From: Methanocaldococcus jannaschii DSM 2661
GTDB lineage: Archaea; AGJL01; Methanococci; Methanococcales; Methanocaldococcaceae
Direction of reading: 5' to 3'
DNA: 32,000 nt
Assembly (NCBI RefSeq): GCF_000091665.1
Contig: NC_000909.1
Coordinates: forward strand, 1,130,960 to 1,162,959
Part shown: one piece after another, positions 28,501 through 32,000 of the stretch
Position numbering within the stretch: position 1 is the stretch's first letter
How the letters are laid out: each line of letters starts with the position of its first letter
Notes under the pieces: generated by a model
Told to the model about the DNA's origin: nothing
Database searches by the model: none
Seen by the model: only the letters and a program-made list of their open reading frames with translations
Translations under genes and position numbers: made by a program

Positions 28501-28615
28501 GTTTTATTATGTAGTTGCTAAATGCCTCCCCTTCATATCCCTCCAATTCTTTCCAACCTAATTTATTTAAATTCTCTTCTATATCATTATGGACGTAAAT
28601 CTCCGGAATCGGCAT
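25568..28615 (-). CDS. hsdR: Type I restriction enzyme R subunit
   Basis: About 1015-aa ORF. It is open from GTG 28624, but ATG 28615 lies after a GGTGAA SD. An N-terminal nuclease region contains IIIIEAKRE. Helicase motifs are HWQGSGKT, ILRDEAHRTE, GFTGTPV and ASARANR. Confidence 0.9.
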   Translation of the reverse strand: MPIPEIYVHNDIEENLNKLGWKELEGYEGEAFSNYIIKPILEEQLKIINDHIGEYKDEFIEKAINKLINEPKPEEILDYIKNGILITLDKGRKGQVSNRVKLIDYKNIEKNIFNYAHELKFKGNDNIIPDFTLFINGIPIIIIEAKREFSEKETYEEAINQINRYEREAPKLFNYVQFAIVYGDEKLYIPTYPNEEKEDRFKKPYKWKNEKKEEDIWDLLKRERVLDTIKNFIFFSKDRAGRKTKIIPRYMQYWAVKKAYERITNYLNNKDYKNRGLVWHWQGSGKTFEILYLAELFYNEFKNKDPIVFIMVDRRELETQFNDDIIALQNANFKDCFKKINSVEELKGVLEDIKESENNPNISEKGVYLVMMHKFDKNKLKDFIESFGSIDKKEILILRDEAHRTESGKFATLRNKILKNAIAIGFTGTPVHKKDMSTFKEYAYPQEGEFYLDRFFIEESIKEGFTLPLIWRVVKPEDIKDISEEEIKNIIEKLFVDEEDADKIVVSKKEIAEKIKLSDLLKSESSIKEASKYIAEHILEDTENFKFKAMVVAQDRKSCILFKKYLDEYLKEKIKNYNENWTQVVITYIHNDDVEIENYKKEIEKKYGKNVDELNKKWTEDFINKENPKILIVNKKLLTGFDAPILKTIYIHQFLKDYLLLQASARANRPAKNKKYGLIVDLTGILIENYKKAIENYNLYRDEAINKDILNNLFVETSKIWESFLTKLNEFKELFKLIVGIEFDDFIVNLKKQKNSKEFKKIISKIILSDKFDYFYAKLRELIQLFEAVGAYGEKLNYYETYEWLKIISAGINKQMRPKSYKIPYNQIKKEVIKYLEFDTYADIASTSINPQLLENLKNKDEINVIVADMIYYALDTLQNKKEPIYRMIYDRINELKNAYISKTKKNEYVINELINCLNALKTYEEEEKTLSKSEKAIKNMLFYLKNVENCNIKKLPLTEKTLKNLEDKKLIKPSDFDKIKKFLFVDLKNAIKETEKRRKVSNKIVEEIIKPIFI

Positions 28616-28673
28616 TTTATTCACCTGAAATAAAAATTAAATCTTCCTCAATGGATTTTTTAATGTATGGATT

Positions 28674-28922
28674 TTAAATTGAGTTTTTTGTAATTAAATC
28701 AACTTTGATATTTAAAATATTCTCTAAATAATCCTCCAACTCAAAGAATTTGAGATAATCCGGAGTTTCATAAAACTCAACCATAATGTCAATATCTGAT
28801 GTTTCTTTCTGCTCTCCTCTTGCATAAGAGCCAAATATAGCGATAGATTTAACTTTATAGTTTTCTTTTAATTCTTTTTTATGTTTCCTTAAGATTTCTT
28901 TTATTTCAGAGAGAGTTTTCAT
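28674..28922 (-). CDS. Minimal nucleotidyltransferase (MNT), C-terminally truncated paralog
   Basis: Contains MKTLSEIKEILRKHKKELKENYKVKSIAIFGSYARGEQKETSDIDIMVEF, i.e. the GSxxRGE...DxD motif. It ends at TAA 28676-28674, where the paralog at 29282-29578 continues. Its start overlaps the HEPN stop by 17 nt. Confidence 0.75.
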   Translation of the reverse strand: MKTLSEIKEILRKHKKELKENYKVKSIAIFGSYARGEQKETSDIDIMVEFYETPDYLKFFELEDYLENILNIKVDLITKNSI

Positions 28923-29271
28923 CCTTCCCCTCAATGTCTTTTATAATCTTTTCAAATTCTTTCTTTATCTCTGGAATTTCATATTTTGCTGTCTCCCAAA
29001 CGGTTAGATAATCTACACCAAAATATTGGTGGATTAATTTATCTCTCATTCCAGCCAATTCTTTGAATGGGATGTGAGGATATTTTTCTCTAATATCCTT
29101 TGGTATCTTTTTAACCGCCTCTCCAATAACCTCTAAGCATCTAACAACCGCATATTTTATTGCCTTATTGTTTATAAACTCCTCATATTCCATATTTTTA
29201 GTAAAGTTAATTATGTCATCCATATACTCTAAAATATCATATAAAAATGCCTTTATATCTCTCTTCGGCAT
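28906..29271 (-). CDS. HEPN-domain (DUF86) protein, putative RNase toxin
   Basis: 121-aa ORF with the Rx4H HEPN motif in LAGMRDKLIHQYFGVDY. It is flanked on both sides by MNT genes. Confidence 0.8.
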   Translation of the reverse strand: MPKRDIKAFLYDILEYMDDIINFTKNMEYEEFINNKAIKYAVVRCLEVIGEAVKKIPKDIREKYPHIPFKELAGMRDKLIHQYFGVDYLTVWETAKYEIPEIKKEFEKIIKDIEGKDENSL

Positions 29272-29281
29272 TTAACCACCA

Positions 29282-29578
29282 TTAAATATAAATTAAGTCT
29301 TCTTCAATGGATTTTTTTACATAAGGGTTGTGGATGGAGTTTTTAGTGATTAAATCAACTTTAATTCCCAATAAATCTGATAAGTAATTTTCTAACTCTA
29401 TCAATTTTAATAAACTTATTGGCTCGTAGTAGTCAATTAATATGTCTATATCTGATGTTTCTTTCTGTTCTTCTCTTGCATAAGAGCCAAATATAGCGAT
29501 AGATTTAACTTTATATTTTTCTTTGAGTATTTTTTTATGTTTTCTTAGGATTTCTTTTATTTCAGAGAGAGTTTTCAT
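29282..29578 (-). CDS. Minimal nucleotidyltransferase (MNT), full length, putative antitoxin
   Basis: 98-aa ORF containing FGSYAREEQKETSDIDILIDY. It lies directly upstream of the HEPN gene with a 10-nt gap. Confidence 0.8.
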   Translation of the reverse strand: MKTLSEIKEILRKHKKILKEKYKVKSIAIFGSYAREEQKETSDIDILIDYYEPISLLKLIELENYLSDLLGIKVDLITKNSIHNPYVKKSIEEDLIYI

Positions 29579-29619
29579 AATTTCACCAGCAAAATTTTAT
29601 TAACAATAAAAATTTTATT

Positions 29620-30897
29620 TTAAAAATTTAAATTTTTTACTCTTATTTTTCCAGTTAGTAGTAGATTCATTATTTTCTTTTTTGCTTTTTCTATTTGTTC
29701 TTTTTCTTTTCTTTTTATTTCTATTAGGTTGTCTATACTTTTTAATCTTTCAGCCATTGCCTTTTGTTCTTCTAAGTGAGGAAGAGGGATTTTTATGTTT
29801 AGTAGGACGGGTGTTCTTATATAAGGCTGGTCAGTCCCAATAAGCAATTTAGAAAGTTCTTTTTTGAAATATTCACTCATTAACAAATAAAACAAAAACT
29901 GTTTGTCTATCTTTTCACTTTTAAAAATAAATCTTCCTACTCTTTGATAGAGTATAGCTGGCTCATCTATATCCTTTAAAATTCCAATTTTTATTTTTCC
30001 ACCTATTATTGGTCTATTCAATGCCAATACTATATCTCCAGATTTTAAAACTAATTGTGGATACTTATTCAAATAATCTTCTGGAAGAAAAGAAACTGTT
30101 TCCCAAAAAATTTTCCCAAATCCTACATTATCGATTTTCAAACATTTTACACCATTTTCACAAAATTCTGAATATTTAAAATATTTTCCAGATTGTATAT
30201 CCACTACTTCCTTTAATTTAACAACCTCCCAATCCTCTGGAATCTCTCCAATCTCTGATTTTTTAAAACTTTTATGCTCAAAAACTCCTTTAGTAAATAA
30301 TTTTTTCATCATCCCCTTTTTTGCCTTATTTAATACTTCAATCTGCTTATTTATTGTTCCTATTAGGTTATCAAAGTCACTTAATATTTTTGCTATTTGT
30401 TTCTGTTCTTCTAAGGGAGGGAGGGGGATTTTTATATTTTCAAATATTTTTTTATCTACGTGTGGAATTCCAGTTCCTTTTGTTTGACTTTTTAGAAAAC
30501 TTTCTTTTAACTTTAGGGAATAAAATAAATATAAATCGTCCATAATTTTATTTTTCTGTTCTAATTTTACCATTGTTGAAGAAAGAATTCCTTTTTTACC
30601 TAAAAATATCTCCCCTGCATTTGAACCATCCCATAATAGCAGTATATCATTCTCATTTACAATAATTTCCTTATTGGTTATTTTTACAAATTTTGAAGCT
30701 ATTCCATCCCTTAAATACTCAGTTGATAAATAAGGATAATAACCTTCAAGTTCTTCATCTACCATAACAGCTGGTTTTTTACCTTTAATATATTTTATAA
30801 AATCTCCAATTCTTACAACTTCCCAGTCCTCTGGAACTCTCAACCCATGCATCTCTTTAAAATTCTCTTCTTTATAAAATTGCATAATTATCACCAA
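29620..30897 (-). CDS. hsdS: Type I restriction-modification specificity subunit
   Basis: 425-aa ORF with two target-recognition halves, each starting near PEDWEVV and each followed by a conserved spacer helix (PLPPLEEQKQIAKILSDFDNLI and PLPHLEEQKAMAERLKSIDNLI). Confidence 0.85.
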   Translation of the reverse strand: MVIIMQFYKEENFKEMHGLRVPEDWEVVRIGDFIKYIKGKKPAVMVDEELEGYYPYLSTEYLRDGIASKFVKITNKEIIVNENDILLLWDGSNAGEIFLGKKGILSSTMVKLEQKNKIMDDLYLFYSLKLKESFLKSQTKGTGIPHVDKKIFENIKIPLPPLEEQKQIAKILSDFDNLIGTINKQIEVLNKAKKGMMKKLFTKGVFEHKSFKKSEIGEIPEDWEVVKLKEVVDIQSGKYFKYSEFCENGVKCLKIDNVGFGKIFWETVSFLPEDYLNKYPQLVLKSGDIVLALNRPIIGGKIKIGILKDIDEPAILYQRVGRFIFKSEKIDKQFLFYLLMSEYFKKELSKLLIGTDQPYIRTPVLLNIKIPLPHLEEQKAMAERLKSIDNLIEIKRKEKEQIEKAKKKIMNLLLTGKIRVKNLNF

Positions 30898-30909
30898 AAA
30901 AAATAGTAT

Positions 30910-31224
30910 TTAGTAATAATATCCTCCACGATTATTCCCAAAAATTAAAATCAATATGGACATAACTATAAAAGCAATAATCGAATAGAATAACAAATTA
31001 AGGATAAAGTCCCAATTTATATAACAGAAAATACTTGCTGATATGATAAACGATATAATACCCCAAATTTTACCTCCATTTAGGCTCCATAAAGCTCCAA
31101 ATAATAATAAAGAACCTATAACTCCACAAAATATATTGCCTGTATAGTAATTATATCCTAACAAAACACATCCAGCTACTGCAACTAAACTGGCAAAATT
31201 TGTATTTGGAGCCATATTAACCAC
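30910..31224 (-). CDS. Small integral membrane protein (about 3-4 TM segments) between hsdM and hsdS
   Basis: 104-aa ORF that is hydrophobic throughout and has a GGYYY tail. It lies on the same strand as its neighbours, 12 nt upstream of hsdS. Confidence 0.5.
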   Translation of the reverse strand: MVNMAPNTNFASLVAVAGCVLLGYNYYTGNIFCGVIGSLLLFGALWSLNGGKIWGIISFIISASIFCYINWDFILNLLFYSIIAFIVMSILILIFGNNRGGYYY

Positions 31225-31293
31225 CTTACTTATTTCTAATCAATCAAACAAATTAAATTAACTTCCAGCTCTTAAAATCCCTCAAAAAAATAT

Positions 31294-32000
31294 CTATTTA
31301 ATCAACCCATTAATCTCCTCTAAATAACCTTTAACAACCTCAAACTTCTCCAAATACTCATTATGCAATTTATTAAGCTCTTCATAAACCTCTCCTAAAT
31401 CAACATCCTCATCTTCTTCAATTGGAGAGATATACAAAGAAACATTTAGATTATAATCATTCTTTCTAATCTCCTCAATATCTACAACCTTACAAAAGCC
31501 ATCAACATCCTTAAACTCTTTATATGCCTTTGCTATTTTCTCAATGTTCTCATCAGAGAGTTTGTTTAATTTTTTAACCTCTGGATGTTTAATATATTCA
31601 TTAGAGGCATTTATAAACAAAATCTTTCCTTTTCTCTCTTCTGGCTTATTTTTATTCAAAATTAAAATAATCCCTGGTGCAGGACAGTTATAAAATAACT
31701 TCTCAGGCAATAAAACAACTGCCTCAATTAAATCATCATCTACAAATCTCTTCCTTATTGTCTTCTCTTTCCCTCCCCTAAACAAAGCCCCTGAATCTAA
31801 AACAATCCCCGCCTTTTTTTCAGTATAATAATTTATCAACTGAACCCATGCCCAATCAGCGGAGTTTTTATTTGGAAATCCATACATATAAATATCTTTA
31901 TATTTTTCATTCACTTTTAGGGTGTTTTCATCGTAACCATCCTGATTCCATGGTGGATTTGCTACAACCTTATCAGCTTTTCCAGTACCTTTAACTTCTT
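31294..32000 (-). CDS. hsdM: Type I restriction-modification methyltransferase subunit, C-terminal part (5' end lies outside the window)
   Basis: The frame is open to the window edge. Upstream of the listed Met it reads EVKGTGKADKVVANPPWNQDGYDENTLKV. The NPPW catalytic motif is at 31948-31959, followed by an HsdM-type C-terminal region. Confidence 0.85.
   Translation of the reverse strand, partial: EVKGTGKADKVVANPPWNQDGYDENTLKVNEKYKDIYMYGFPNKNSADWAWVQLINYYTEKKAGIVLDSGALFRGGKEKTIRKRFVDDDLIEAVVLLPEKLFYNCPAPGIILILNKNKPEERKGKILFINASNEYIKHPEVKKLNKLSDENIEKIAKAYKEFKDVDGFCKVVDIEEIRKNDYNLNVSLYISPIEEDEDVDLGEVYEELNKLHNEYLEKFEVVKGYLEEINGLIK

Noticed and set aside
28674-29578. The approximately 300-bp MNT gene duplication as a mobile-element terminal repeat or CRISPR-like repeat.
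   Set aside because: The repeats are coding paralogs in direct orientation flanking a HEPN gene. No transposase, no short regular spacing and no inverted termini are present.

Overview
This is an AT-rich archaeal chromosome segment of the Methanocaldococcus type. From memory, unverified, the gene order matches the M. jannaschii MJ1190-MJ1220 region. Bases 1-6300 hold a selenoprotein-rich energy-metabolism cluster on the + strand: the hdrA 3' end, vhuD, vhuG, vhuA, vhuU, the vhuB polyferredoxin and fwdB. It contains four in-frame UGA codons that the ORF track reads as stops, so vhuD and vhuU are missing from the track and fwdB is split. Four 3'-UTR hairpins share one motif (stem, GAA, 3-bp GC helix, loop, A, stem), consistent with archaeal SECIS elements. 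Bases 6.3-21.6 kb are mostly housekeeping genes: leuA-family synthase, a permease, thrS, a Zn-finger/S1/OB/DHH RecJ-like protein, an orphan C5 DNA methyltransferase, rpl24e-rps28e-rpl7ae, hisG, dnaG, two tRNA-Gly genes, a GNAT protein with a Pcc1-like N-terminus, and archaeal SAM synthetase. Bases 21.6-32 kb are accessory or defence-rich. They hold a type II R-M pair whose methyltransferase is frameshifted at an A6 run, and a type I R-M operon (hsdM, small membrane protein, hsdS, MNT, HEPN, truncated MNT, hsdR, HExxH protein). The points most worth a second look are: (1) the HEPN/MNT module embedded between hsdS and hsdR, a Prr-like layout; (2) a 21-nt duplicate of the tRNA-Gly 3' end lying behind a roughly 150-nt, four-hairpin GC-rich segment; (3) the broken methyltransferase next to an intact putative endonuclease; (4) a kinase-like ORF whose N-lobe has no ATG/GTG/TTG start but has a strong SD followed by ATC; (5) an L7Ae leader with a terminator-like hairpin whose loop is an anti-SD, plus k-turn-like GA elements. 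No CRISPR array, rRNA or transposase was seen.
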